Positions 8,029-16,534 of a stretch of DNA of 20,000 nt are shown here, in pieces. Origin of the DNA: Anaerolineae bacterium (GTDB lineage Bacteria; Chloroflexota; Anaerolineae; B4-G1; DUEL01); the NCBI GenBank assembly GCA_041082215.1, contig JBDOIF010000014.1, positions 53,973 to 73,972 on the forward strand, given 5' to 3'. The number at the start of each line of letters is the position of its first letter. The first letter of the stretch is position 1. Position numbers and translations under genes: made by a program. The notes below the pieces were generated by a model. It ran no database searches. It was not told the DNA's origin and saw only the letters and a list, made by a program, of their open reading frames with translations.

Positions 8029-8626
8029 CCTCCCTCCCTTCGGCATGCCACCTTTCCAGGATGGCGCGGATATACCTCCAGCTCCGTTTGTTGAGGGCCA
8101 CCGCTTCGCGGAAGGCGGCCTCGATCCACTCGTCGGGGTAGAGCTCTTCGGCCTCTTTCAGCTCCTCGGCGATGAGGGGAGTGAGGGGGCCGATGTTTTC
8201 CTCGTAGAGGACGAAGATGTTGGTGCGCGGGGCGGGTATCGCCTCCGGCAGCCGCTCCCCCCGCCGGAGCGCTTCCAGCGCGGCCCGTCCGCGGGGGGAG
8301 TTGGCAAAGTAGATCATTTCCATCTGTCCGTCGAGTTCCGCCTCCATCCGCAGGAGCGTCCCCCGCTCCACAGCCCGGTCCAGCGCCCTCTCCAGGGTTG
8401 CCCCCGTCGCCTGGCTCAGCCCCTCCAGCAGGGGCCGGTCCTCCAGCAGCTCCCGGTGGCGCACGTACCGAACCTGCCCCTGCTGCCGGGCCAGCCGGTA
8501 GAGGACGTAAAGGGAAACCTTGAGCTCGTCCAGATCGTCGAGGAGCGGGAGGAGCTCGGTGAAGACGGCCTCGGGGAGGCCGACGGTGCGCACTTTGCCG
8601 GGAGGGAAACCGCTGAAGGCTTTCAT
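7949..8626 (-). CDS. DnaD domain protein (replication initiation/primosome)
   Basis: N-terminal wHTH-like region (ELKVSLYVLYRL) and DnaD domain (NIFVLYEENIGPLTP...AFREAVALNKRSWRYIRAILERW); ATG 8626 is 7 nt after the dnaB stop. Confidence 0.88.
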   Translation of the reverse strand: MKAFSGFPPGKVRTVGLPEAVFTELLPLLDDLDELKVSLYVLYRLARQQGQVRYVRHRELLEDRPLLEGLSQATGATLERALDRAVERGTLLRMEAELDGQMEMIYFANSPRGRAALEALRRGERLPEAIPAPRTNIFVLYEENIGPLTPLIAEELKEAEELYPDEWIEAAFREAVALNKRSWRYIRAILERWHAEGREDETSRRDREGDRRRYIEGEYGEYIER

Positions 8627-8633
8627 ACGGGAT

Positions 8634-9977
8634 TCAGGAGAACTCCACCGGCCGGATGCGCGTTTCCGCATCCAGGAACTGGGCCAGTTGCTGGCGGAAG
8701 AAGAGCTGCACCACGCCGGTGGGGCCGTTGCGGTGCTTGGCGACGATGACGTCAGCGATGTGCTGCCGCTCTGTCTCCGGCCTGTACAGCTCTTCCCGAT
8801 AGATGAACATCACCACGTCCGCGTCCTGCTCAAGACTTCCGCTTTCCCTTAAATCCGACAGCACCGGCCGCTTATCCGTCCGCTGTTCCACGGCGCGGGA
8901 GAGCTGGGAAGCGGCCACCAGCGGCACGTCCAGCTCCCGGGCCAGTCCTTTGAGCATACGGGAGATGTAGGAGACCTCCTGCACACGGTTCTCCGCCCGC
9001 ACGTCGCTGCTCATCAGTTGCAGATAATCCACCACGATCAGGTCCAGCCCGTGCTCGGCGTGGATGCGCCGGGCCTTGGTGCGGAGCTGGAGGGCGGAGA
9101 TGGACGGCGTGTCGTCAATGAAGATGGGCAGTTCGGACAGCACCCCCGTCGCCTGGACGAAGAGCGGCCACTCGTCTTCCTCCAGCTGGCCCAGCCGGAG
9201 CCGCTGGGCGTCAATGCCGGTCTCCGCGGAGACCAGCCGCTGCACCACCTGCTCGGCGGACATCTCCAGGCTGAAGATGGCAACGTGTTTGCCCAGCCGG
9301 GCGGCGTTGCGGGCAAAGGAGAGGCAGAGAGCGGTCTTCCCCACCCCGGGCCGGGCGGCCACGATGATCAGGTCCGACTTCTGCAACCCCCCCAGCAGCC
9401 GGTCCAGGTCTATAAATCCCGTGGGCACCCCCAATGGCTCGCCCCGGTGGTCGTAGAGATACTCGATCCGGTCGTAGTAGGCCCGGATGACCTCCTGGAT
9501 GGGGGCCAGGTCGCGGGTGATGCGGCGCTGAGAGATGCTGAAGAGGGCCTGCTCAGCCTGGTCTATCACCTCGTTGATGTCCTGCTGTTCTTTGTAAGCC
9601 AGTTGAGCGATGTCGCTGGCGGCGTTGATGAGGCGGCGGCGGACGGCAGCTTCTTCTACGATGCGGCCGTAGGCCTCGACGTGGATGGCGGTGGGGACCG
9701 CGTCAATGAGCTGAGCGATGTAGGCTGCGCCGCCCACCTCTTCCAGGAGTCCCTGGGCCTCCAGCTCATTGCGCAGGGTCACGAAGTCCACCGGCTCCCG
9801 CCGCTCATGGAGGCCCAGGATAGCCTCGTAGATCCAGCCGTTCCTCTGGACGTAGAAGTCCTCCGGGCGGAGGAAGGGGGCGACGCGAAAGAGGGCCTCC
9901 GGATCGATCAGGAGGGCCCCCAGCACCGCCTCTTCGGCCTCTATGTTATGGGGGACTGTCTTCTCGGGGGCGGCCAT
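8634..9977 (-). CDS. dnaB: Replicative DNA helicase
   Basis: [59 protein letters not shown]; 447 aa with no intein. Confidence 0.97.
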   Translation of the reverse strand: MAAPEKTVPHNIEAEEAVLGALLIDPEALFRVAPFLRPEDFYVQRNGWIYEAILGLHERREPVDFVTLRNELEAQGLLEEVGGAAYIAQLIDAVPTAIHVEAYGRIVEEAAVRRRLINAASDIAQLAYKEQQDINEVIDQAEQALFSISQRRITRDLAPIQEVIRAYYDRIEYLYDHRGEPLGVPTGFIDLDRLLGGLQKSDLIIVAARPGVGKTALCLSFARNAARLGKHVAIFSLEMSAEQVVQRLVSAETGIDAQRLRLGQLEEDEWPLFVQATGVLSELPIFIDDTPSISALQLRTKARRIHAEHGLDLIVVDYLQLMSSDVRAENRVQEVSYISRMLKGLARELDVPLVAASQLSRAVEQRTDKRPVLSDLRESGSLEQDADVVMFIYREELYRPETERQHIADVIVAKHRNGPTGVVQLFFRQQLAQFLDAETRIRPVEFS

Positions 9978-9983
9978 TGTCCG

Positions 9984-10484
9984 TCAGTGGATGGGCAGGT
10001 CGTCTATGTCCAGGCTGGAGAGAAAATCGTCGAAAGCCGAGCGTTCCGCCTTTTCGGCCTCGGCGCCCTCTTTGCTCAGGTCCTTCTGGGGCACGATGCC
10101 GGCCTCTGCCATCACCTCCTCGGCGACGTAGATGGGGACCCCGACGCGGACCGCCAGGGCCATTGCGTCGGAGGGGCGGGCATCTATGTCGAGCTCCCGT
10201 CCGTCCACATCAATGACGATGCGGGCGTAGAAAGTATCTTCCCGGAGCTCGGAGACGACGATGTACTGGACCTCACCGCCGAGTGCCTCGATCACGTTCT
10301 TGAGCAGGTCGTGGGTGAGGGGGCGTCCCACTTCGATGTTCTGGAGTTCGATGTTGATCGCCTCCGCCTCATAGGGGCCGATCCAGATGGGCAGATACCG
10401 ATCGGCGTCCAGCTCCTTGAGCAGCACGACCCGGTGCTGGGACATCAGGCTGACCTGGATACCTGCAATTTTCACTTCGATCAT
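9984..10484 (-). CDS. Bifunctional nuclease family protein (DUF151)
   Basis: [44 protein letters not shown] before ATG 10484. Confidence 0.92.
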   Translation of the reverse strand: MIEVKIAGIQVSLMSQHRVVLLKELDADRYLPIWIGPYEAEAINIELQNIEVGRPLTHDLLKNVIEALGGEVQYIVVSELREDTFYARIVIDVDGRELDIDARPSDAMALAVRVGVPIYVAEEVMAEAGIVPQKDLSKEGAEAEKAERSAFDDFLSSLDIDDLPIH

Positions 10485-10650
10485 CGTGTGCCTCCTCAGG
10501 GGTTCCCGACCCCTTCTTTGTACGGAGGCTCCCACCCTGCGGCGGTGGGGGGATGGACAGGAGCCACGGGGCCTGGCTGCTTATCTGGGAGGACAAACCC
10601 GGTTCCAGGTCGCCGCGTGGATGGGAGGCGTTCGGTTTCAGGGTCGCTCC
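10485..10650 (-). other. Candidate structured 5' leader or ncRNA of the DUF151-dnaB operon
   Basis: Nested complementary blocks forming a ~140 nt rod between the promoter and the SD; no known family recognised. Confidence 0.45.
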
Positions 10651-10656
10651 AGCCTC

Positions 10657-10686
10657 ATTATACCACAATCGGGGAGGAGTGGACAA
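10657..10686 (-). promoter_or_regulatory. Extended -10 promoter of the DUF151-dnaB operon
   Basis: TGGTATAAT (TATAAT at 10662-10657) with TTGTCC 18 nt upstream. Confidence 0.75.
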
Positions 10687-10694
10687 ATGGGATG

Positions 10695-10886
10695 AGGTGT
10701 ATGTCTGTTTGGGGGCAAGATGTCCCTGGCCCGGGCCGGACCTGGGGAAGCACGAATGGCGCGAATGGAAACGAATACCGCGAATGGGGCAGGAATCCCT
10801 CCTGTTCGCTGTATTCGAGCCATTCGTGGGATTCGCGATCCGCCGGCGAGCGAGAGGACCACCCGCCCCGAAATTGAAATACGCCC
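10695..10886. mobile_element. MITE-like non-autonomous element, copy 2 (192 bp)
   Basis: Same orientation and length as 4131-4322; imperfect TIR (16/21); flanking 9 bp direct repeat AATGGGATG (10686-10694) / AATGGGATA (10887-10895). Confidence 0.85.
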
Positions 10887-10919
10887 AATGGGATAATGGT
10901 TCTCTATGGGCATTCGATT

Positions 10920-10948
10920 TTGCAATTCCATTCCATCTGTAGTATTAT
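10920..10948 (+). promoter_or_regulatory. Sigma70-type promoter of the membrane protein pair
   Basis: TTGCAA-17 nt-TATTAT; AAAGGAG SD before ATG 10991. Confidence 0.6.
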
Positions 10949-10990
10949 CCTACCGTAAATCTGGCTGCGTTTTCTCCAAAGGAGCGCCCG

Positions 10991-11662
10991 ATGGACCGAC
11001 GAACCGACCTGCTCATTGGCATCACAATGGCGTTGACGATCGCCGAAGTCAGTCTGACAGGCCTGGTCTTTCAGCGCCCGTGGCTTTTCTCAGCCATCGC
11101 CTGGCAGATGCTGCTGACCTATACGGCCTACGCGCTGGTCACCCGCAACAGGCTCATTTGCCGGCTATTAACGTTCGCCCTGGCCTGCAACCTGCCCCAA
11201 CTGGCCACCGACTGGTACCACGCGCGGGTGGTGAACACGCTGGTGTACGACTACGCCTTTTTCCGCATCCTCGACACACCCGACTACATCATCGCCGGAT
11301 GGGGGTTCGCCTTCCTCCAGCTCGGCTACCTTGTCCTCCGGCTCAAGCCTCGCCTGGGGACGCCGGCCCTCACGCTGGCGATAGCGCTCGGTGGAACGCT
11401 GATCCATTCGTGGTATGAGGAGATGGCGTACCGGGCGCAGGCCTGGCATTATGTCAATGCAACACTGGTCGGCCACGTGAGTGTGTGGGTCATCATCTCG
11501 TTCTTCCTGATCATCGCCACCATCTGCCTGCTGGTCTCCCGCCTGGAGGGGGAGAAACGGTGGCCAGCGTGGTTCCTGGGCGGGATCGGGAACGGGGCCT
11601 TCATCTTCGCCTATTCGGCCCTGGCCGTCTGGCTGCTGCGCTGGGTGCCACCCGTCCGATGA
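10991..11662 (+). CDS. Uncharacterised multi-pass membrane protein (DUF6989-like, tentative)
   Basis: 223 aa, about 6-7 hydrophobic segments, good SD; motif TDWYHARVVNTLVY...TPDYIIAGWG. Confidence 0.8.
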   Translation: MDRRTDLLIGITMALTIAEVSLTGLVFQRPWLFSAIAWQMLLTYTAYALVTRNRLICRLLTFALACNLPQLATDWYHARVVNTLVYDYAFFRILDTPDYIIAGWGFAFLQLGYLVLRLKPRLGTPALTLAIALGGTLIHSWYEEMAYRAQAWHYVNATLVGHVSVWVIISFFLIIATICLLVSRLEGEKRWPAWFLGGIGNGAFIFAYSALAVWLLRWVPPVR

Positions 11663-11691
11663 GAGCGCTGCGTCCATGCAGGGGATGAAAA

Positions 11692-11717
11692 ACCACAGAG
11701 ACGCAGAGGACGCGGAG
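11692..11717 (+). repeat. Solo arm of the ACCACAGAG periodic repeat
   Basis: ACCACAGAGACGCAGAGGACGCGGAG matches the reverse complement of 2147-2172 at 23/26. Confidence 0.7.
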
Positions 11718-11737
11718 AAACGGTTAGGAGGATCAGG

Positions 11738-12412
11738 ATGAGGCGAAGCGACCAGGTTGTTGCGTTGGGACTGGCAGTTGCTACGGCTGGCCTGCTTCTC
11801 AGCGGGCTGGGCCGCTGGATGGGTCTGGCGACAAGCGGGGCCATGCTGGCGGTGTGGCTGGCAGGCGCCCTTGTCCTTCGGGAGCGCCGGATCGGGTGGT
11901 TCCTGATGCTCTGGCCCTTCGCCACACTGGCGGCAATCCCGATGGACGCTGCCTACGTGCGCGAAGGCTGGCTGGTCCATAACCCCGCCATGCTCCCCTT
12001 TGTAGGGGACTCCCCCCTCTATTACCTGCTCGGATGGGGCGGGGTGGTCTCATCGGCGGCCTACGTGGGCTGGCGCATCGCCGAGCACGGGCGGCCGGTG
12101 CTGGGGCCGGTGGCGACCGGCCTCCTCGGAGCGGGCGTGATGCCGGTCTACGAAGGGCTGTGCACCCGTCAGGGATGGTTCGCCTTCACCGCCAGGGCGA
12201 CGACGTTCGACGTGCCGCTGGTCGGCGGCCATTCCGCCTACGCCGACGTCGTGGGCAACCTGATCTTCTACGGCGCCCTGGGGGTGCTGGTCTATCACGT
12301 CTGGACCCATCGGCCCGCCGGTGCGGAGACGCCGCCCTTCCGCCATGCCCTGTGGTTGGGTCTGGCGCTCTTCTGGCTGATCTTCGGCACGTACGTCGCC
12401 ATTCGGTTCTGA
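11738..12412 (+). CDS. Uncharacterised multi-pass membrane protein, probable paralog of 10991-11662
   Basis: 224 aa, AGGAGG SD; MDAAYVREGWLVH...SPLYYLLGWG and PVYEGLCTRQGWFAF parallel the motifs of the upstream gene. Confidence 0.8.
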   Translation: MRRSDQVVALGLAVATAGLLLSGLGRWMGLATSGAMLAVWLAGALVLRERRIGWFLMLWPFATLAAIPMDAAYVREGWLVHNPAMLPFVGDSPLYYLLGWGGVVSSAAYVGWRIAEHGRPVLGPVATGLLGAGVMPVYEGLCTRQGWFAFTARATTFDVPLVGGHSAYADVVGNLIFYGALGVLVYHVWTHRPAGAETPPFRHALWLGLALFWLIFGTYVAIRF

Positions 12413-12466
12413 TCCACTCCGCCGACCTTCAACATGAATGGAGAGCAAATTCGCGAATATCCCTGC

Positions 12467-12495
12467 TTGCCCCTCTGCCCCCCTTGTGGTAAACT
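12467..12495 (+). promoter_or_regulatory. Sigma70-type promoter of comM
   Basis: TTGCCC-17 nt-TAAACT with a TG extension. Confidence 0.6.
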
Positions 12496-12528
12496 ACCCC
12501 TCGCCAAAGCCCAACATCGGAGCCGACT

Positions 12529-14055
12529 ATGCTGGCAAAGGTCACAAGCTGCGCCCTCCTGGGCCTGGATGGGGTCCTGGTCCAGGTGGAAGTGGATACC
12601 TCTAACGGCCTCCCATCCCTCACCATCGTCGGCCTGCCCGACGCCGCCGTGAAGGAATCGAGCGAGCGGGTCCGTGCCGCCCTCAAGAACTCAGGGCTGC
12701 TCTTCCCCCACAAGCGGATCACCGTCAACCTGGCCCCGGCCGACATCCGTAAGGCCGGCCCCGCCTACGACCTGCCCATTGCCGTGGGGATCCTCCTGGC
12801 CTCCGAGCAGGCCTGGCCCCAGGCGACAGAGGACGCCCTCTTCGTGGGGGAACTGTCTCTGGACGGGTCGGTCCGTCACATCCCCGGCATCCTTCCCATC
12901 GCCGCGCTGGCCCGGCAGGAAGGGCTGAAGCGGCTTTTCGTCCCGGCGGCCGACGCGCCGGAGGCAGCTCTGGTTGATGGGGTGGAGGTGCTGCCGGTCG
13001 AGGACCTGGGGCAGCTCGCCGCCCACCTTCAGGGGCTGCGCCCGATCCCCCCCTACCGTCCGGAGCAGGACCCGACCTCCCTTCCCCCGCCCCCCTACGC
13101 GGCCGATTTCGCCGATGTCAAAGGGCAGGAGCACGTCAAGCGGGCGCTGGAGGTGGCTGCGGCCGGAGGGCATAACGTGCTGATGATCGGCCCCCCCGGT
13201 GCGGGGAAGACCCTGCTGGCCCGCTCCGTGCCCTCCATCCTCCCTCCGATGGGTCTGGAGGAGGCGCTGGAAGTGACCCAGATTTACAGCGTGGCCGGGC
13301 TGCTGCCGCCGGAGACCCCTCTCATCCGCCACCGGCCCTTCCGCGCCCCTCACCACACCATCAGCCACGCCGGGCTGGTGGGGGGCGGCCACTGGCCCCG
13401 CCCCGGAGAGATCAGCCTGGCCCACCGGGGGGTCCTTTTCCTGGATGAGCTACCTGAGTTCAGCACCCACACCCTGGAGGGGCTCCGCCAGCCAATGGAG
13501 GATGGCCTGGTCGCCATCGCCCGCTCCACAGGCACTCTCTCCTTCCCGGCCCGCTTTATGCTCATCGCGGCGATGAATCCCTGCCCGTGCGGCTACTGGG
13601 GGGACCCGGTGCGGGAATGTACCTGCAGCCCGGCGACGGTGGTCCGCTACCAGAAGCGGATCTCCGGGCCGCTCCTGGACCGGATTGACATCCATGTTGA
13701 AGTGCCACGGGTGGACTACGAAAAGCTCGCCGACGACCGACGGGGGGAGCCGTCGGCGGCGATCCGGGAGCGGGTGGAGCGGGCTCGGGAGGTGCAGCAG
13801 CGGAGGTTCGCCGGCACAAACCTCACCTGCAACGCCGAGATGGGACCGGCCCAGGTGCGGGAGGTCTGCCGGCTGGATGATGCAGGGCGGGCGCTGATGC
13901 GGGCGGCGATGCAACAGCTTCAGATGAGCGCCCGCGCCTTCCACCGCATCCTCAAACTGGCCCGCACCATCGCCGACCTGGCCGGGAGCGAGCGGATCGA
14001 GACCGCCCATCTGGCGGAGGCGATCCAGTATCGCCCGCGGCATATAGGTTTGTAG
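12529..14055 (+). CDS. comM: ComM/YifB family Mg-chelatase-like AAA+ ATPase
   Basis: VGLPDAAVKES, VNLAPADIRKAG, GPPGAGKT, RPFRAPHH, LAHRGVLFLDE, MNPCPCGY, SGPLLDRID, ARTIADL. Confidence 0.95.
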   Translation: MLAKVTSCALLGLDGVLVQVEVDTSNGLPSLTIVGLPDAAVKESSERVRAALKNSGLLFPHKRITVNLAPADIRKAGPAYDLPIAVGILLASEQAWPQATEDALFVGELSLDGSVRHIPGILPIAALARQEGLKRLFVPAADAPEAALVDGVEVLPVEDLGQLAAHLQGLRPIPPYRPEQDPTSLPPPPYAADFADVKGQEHVKRALEVAAAGGHNVLMIGPPGAGKTLLARSVPSILPPMGLEEALEVTQIYSVAGLLPPETPLIRHRPFRAPHHTISHAGLVGGGHWPRPGEISLAHRGVLFLDELPEFSTHTLEGLRQPMEDGLVAIARSTGTLSFPARFMLIAAMNPCPCGYWGDPVRECTCSPATVVRYQKRISGPLLDRIDIHVEVPRVDYEKLADDRRGEPSAAIRERVERAREVQQRRFAGTNLTCNAEMGPAQVREVCRLDDAGRALMRAAMQQLQMSARAFHRILKLARTIADLAGSERIETAHLAEAIQYRPRHIGL

Positions 14056-14080
14056 GACAAGCTTTCAGCTTGTCCTGCAA
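14050..14080. terminator. GTAG-type (REP-like) hairpin between convergent genes; possible bidirectional terminator
   Basis: GTAGGACAAGCT-TTC-AGCTTGTCCTGC; perfect 9 bp stem extendable to ~14 bp; its GTAG contains the comM stop codon. Confidence 0.6.
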
Positions 14081-14094
14081 CTGCAAAACCGTCA

Positions 14095-16083
14095 TCAGGG
14101 AACAGCCCGCAGGGCAAGCGGCAGATATACGGTCTGGATTCTTCCGCAGTCCAGCTCGTCTTCCTCATCTATAAGGCCGTCGCCGTCGTTGTCTATGCCG
14201 TCCGTGCACGCCGCTACTGTGGATTCGTCGCAATCCCAGTCGGCAAGGTCCACGTATCCGTCGTAGTCGTTATCCAAGCCGTCGCCACAGGCCGCCAGCC
14301 CCGATTCGGCGCTGTGATGGCCGCAGATGGTGGCATCCGGGAGGGCGTTGTAGAGCCGCTGCGCCTCCTGAGCATAGGCCCCAGCGATCGGACCGTTGTG
14401 GATAATGAGCGTGTTCTCATCGTTATCGAAGGCCCCGGCGCCCGTCCAGTTATAGCTGCCCATGACGACGACGGGATCGCTCCCGTTCACGTCCAGCACG
14501 GCGAATTTGTGATGGACCTTTCCCCCGAAGTTCTCCACCTTCAGGGGGACCCCCGCCGAGCACAGAAGCTCGTCCTGGCTGTAGGAGTTGGCCGCTCCCA
14601 CTGCATCCCATACCCCCCACACCTCCAGCCCTCCCGTCACCACTCTGGTATAGACCAGCGTGCCAAGCGGGTCGGAGGTCCAGTAGAACATCGCAAAATA
14701 AATGGAGTCCTGGGCAGCCGAGATGACGTCGGCGACGCGGCTCTCCACCCCGTCCGACGGCGAGAAATAGAGCTCCACCACGCCGTTGGTGTAGGTGAAG
14801 ACGTGCTGAGTGTTATCAGTCTTCTGGTGGGCAAAGCGGCGGTCCACGAACATCTCCTCGAACTCGGTGGTGTAGGCTAGCGCCAGGTGGACGGAGGTGA
14901 TCACGATGGAGCTGTTGGCGTTGTAGGTGAAGCAGGTGTCGGTCCAGTTGGTCGAGCCGGTCCACACCGTCCGCCGGTCGAAGATGGCGAACTTGTTGTG
15001 CTGGAGGTAGGAGACGTAAGGGTCGGTGACGACGGGGATGCCGGCGGCTATGAGGGCCTGGTAGGTGGGGGAGTAGAGGCCGGTTGCTGCCTCGTCATCT
15101 GACACAACCCGGACCGTCACGCCCCGGTTGTGGGCGGCAATGAGGGCATCCCGCACGCTCTGCCGGTCGAACCCGTAGAGGGCGCAGTCAATGGTCTGGG
15201 TGGCGGCGTTGATCAGGCCGATCAGCGCACCCTCCATTGGGGTCGGACCGGCGGAGGGGCCCATCGCCGGGATTGTGGTATCGGAGTTGAAGTAGACGGC
15301 GTAGTCAAGGGGGCCGAGGACAAAGCCTTCGTCAATCGCTCCGTCACAGTCGTTATCTTTGTAGTCGAAGACCTCGGCAGCTCCAGGGTGGATCGCCGCG
15401 TCGGCGTCGTTGCAGTCCTCATCCCGGGCCTCGTACCCCGGCCCGGCCCCCGCCGTCCAATCCAGGTTGGGGGAGAAGCCGTAGGTATCCCCATCCCGGT
15501 CCACGATGGAGTTGGTCGGCGTGCCGCCCACCGGCCCATCGGTCCAGCTTGAGGGGAGGGTCCCCGTCGCCGTCAGCGGTTGCCGGACCATCGTCGCTTT
15601 GGTTGAGTTGTTCCCGGCGAACCACCCCTGTCCCGGCTGCCCCACCACATCCACTACCGCGCCGGTGTGATCGGTGAGCGTGAGGACCTCGCCGGTATTA
15701 TCGAGTGCGCCGGTGTAAATCCGATCGGCCAGCGGGGGAACGGTCGTGTCGTCGGTCCGTTCCAGCAGGAAGTGGCCTCCGGCAGGGATGGCCCCTTCCA
15801 GCGTGATATTCGGGCTTCCGTCCTCACTGAAAAGGTGCCAGCCGGTCAGATCGAGGTCGTGATCGGTGTTGTTGTACAGCTCGATCCACTCATCGTTGTA
15901 GGAAGTAATCGTCCCCATCCAGGCGATCTCGCTGACCACCACATCCAGGCTATCAGCGTGGGAGGTGGCCAGGTCTGCCGGGTTGCCGGAGGCCTGGGCC
16001 TGAAGGGTGAGGCAGGTGAGGCTGAGGGTCATCAGAGCCAGCCCGGCCGGCGCCAGCAGGCGGGTCTTCCGCCTCCTTGTCAT
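14095..16083 (-). CDS. Secreted lamin-tail-domain / phospholipase D superfamily protein (probable nuclease) with acidic Cys-containing metal-binding repeats
   Basis: Signal peptide (AQA); LTD (VVSEIAW...EWIELYN); DCNDADAAIHPGA motif; two HKD motifs (HNKFAIFD...GSTN, HHKFAVLD...GSYN); CxDGxDNDxDG repeats; C-terminal VYLPLALR. Confidence 0.88.
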   Translation of the reverse strand: MTRRRKTRLLAPAGLALMTLSLTCLTLQAQASGNPADLATSHADSLDVVVSEIAWMGTITSYNDEWIELYNNTDHDLDLTGWHLFSEDGSPNITLEGAIPAGGHFLLERTDDTTVPPLADRIYTGALDNTGEVLTLTDHTGAVVDVVGQPGQGWFAGNNSTKATMVRQPLTATGTLPSSWTDGPVGGTPTNSIVDRDGDTYGFSPNLDWTAGAGPGYEARDEDCNDADAAIHPGAAEVFDYKDNDCDGAIDEGFVLGPLDYAVYFNSDTTIPAMGPSAGPTPMEGALIGLINAATQTIDCALYGFDRQSVRDALIAAHNRGVTVRVVSDDEAATGLYSPTYQALIAAGIPVVTDPYVSYLQHNKFAIFDRRTVWTGSTNWTDTCFTYNANSSIVITSVHLALAYTTEFEEMFVDRRFAHQKTDNTQHVFTYTNGVVELYFSPSDGVESRVADVISAAQDSIYFAMFYWTSDPLGTLVYTRVVTGGLEVWGVWDAVGAANSYSQDELLCSAGVPLKVENFGGKVHHKFAVLDVNGSDPVVVMGSYNWTGAGAFDNDENTLIIHNGPIAGAYAQEAQRLYNALPDATICGHHSAESGLAACGDGLDNDYDGYVDLADWDCDESTVAACTDGIDNDGDGLIDEEDELDCGRIQTVYLPLALRAVP

Positions 16084-16195
16084 CTCTTCCTCCTTTCGCG
16101 ACGGGCGGGAAAAGCAGCGGGGGGCAACAACTCACCACCGGCGGGGGCTGACTGCGATGAGGGAAGCGAGGAAATACCCGCTCCAGTGCATCCCC

Positions 16196-16224
16196 AATAT
16201 ATCAGAAAGCCTGCCGGAAGTCAA
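16196..16224 (-). promoter_or_regulatory. Sigma70-type promoter of the PLD gene
   Basis: TTGACT-17 nt-TATATT with a TG extension; AAGGAGG SD before ATG 16083. Confidence 0.7.
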
Positions 16225-16330
16225 CGGGAACTCCTTTTTGGAAGATGTGGTAACTGCCTGTGCTGGAGGCTAATTGCTCTGCCTGGCCCTCACCCCACCC
16301 CCTGGCCCCCTCCCCCCGCACCCATGCAAT

Positions 16331-16358
16331 TTGACAGCTCAAGCCCTTGGTGTATACT
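16331..16358 (+). promoter_or_regulatory. Sigma70-type promoter of the thiamine operon
   Basis: TTGACA-16 nt-TATACT just upstream of the riboswitch. Confidence 0.75.
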
Positions 16359-16374
16359 ATACCCGCAAACCAAT

Positions 16375-16484
16375 ACCTTCCCGGGGGAGTCCGGGCGAGC
16401 CGGGCTGAGAGGGCGTCCACGGCAGGGGCCACCGACGCCGACCCCTCGAACCTGATCTGGGTCATGCCAGCGGAGGGAGGGAAG
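16375..16484 (+). ncRNA. TPP riboswitch (THI element)
   Basis: GGGGAG...GCTGAGA...GACCC-TCGAACCTGATCTGGGTCATGCCAGCGGAGGGA matches the consensus; upstream of thiamine genes. Confidence 0.96.
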
Positions 16485-16534
16485 CACCCGAAAAGGAGGT
16501 AGAGCTGCCCCGCTGGCAGGGCAGCTCAATTCTT

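Noticed and set aside
10570..10600. SRP RNA suggested by AAGCAGCCA on the minus strand
   Set aside because: The UCAGG...GNRA tetraloop core of SRP domain IV is absent.
10658..10667. DnaA box at the dnaB operon promoter (TTATACCACA)
   Set aside because: Does not fit the 9-mer consensus and is explained by the extended -10 element.
9018..10877. 619 aa plus-strand ORF and other long antisense ORFs (5298-6596, 6943-8094, 17164-18342)
   Set aside because: They lie opposite well-supported genes and show no motifs; expected in GC-rich DNA.
12529..14055. Magnesium chelatase or an element inserted in comM
   Set aside because: Motifs are ComM/YifB-type and the gene is intact at 508 aa.
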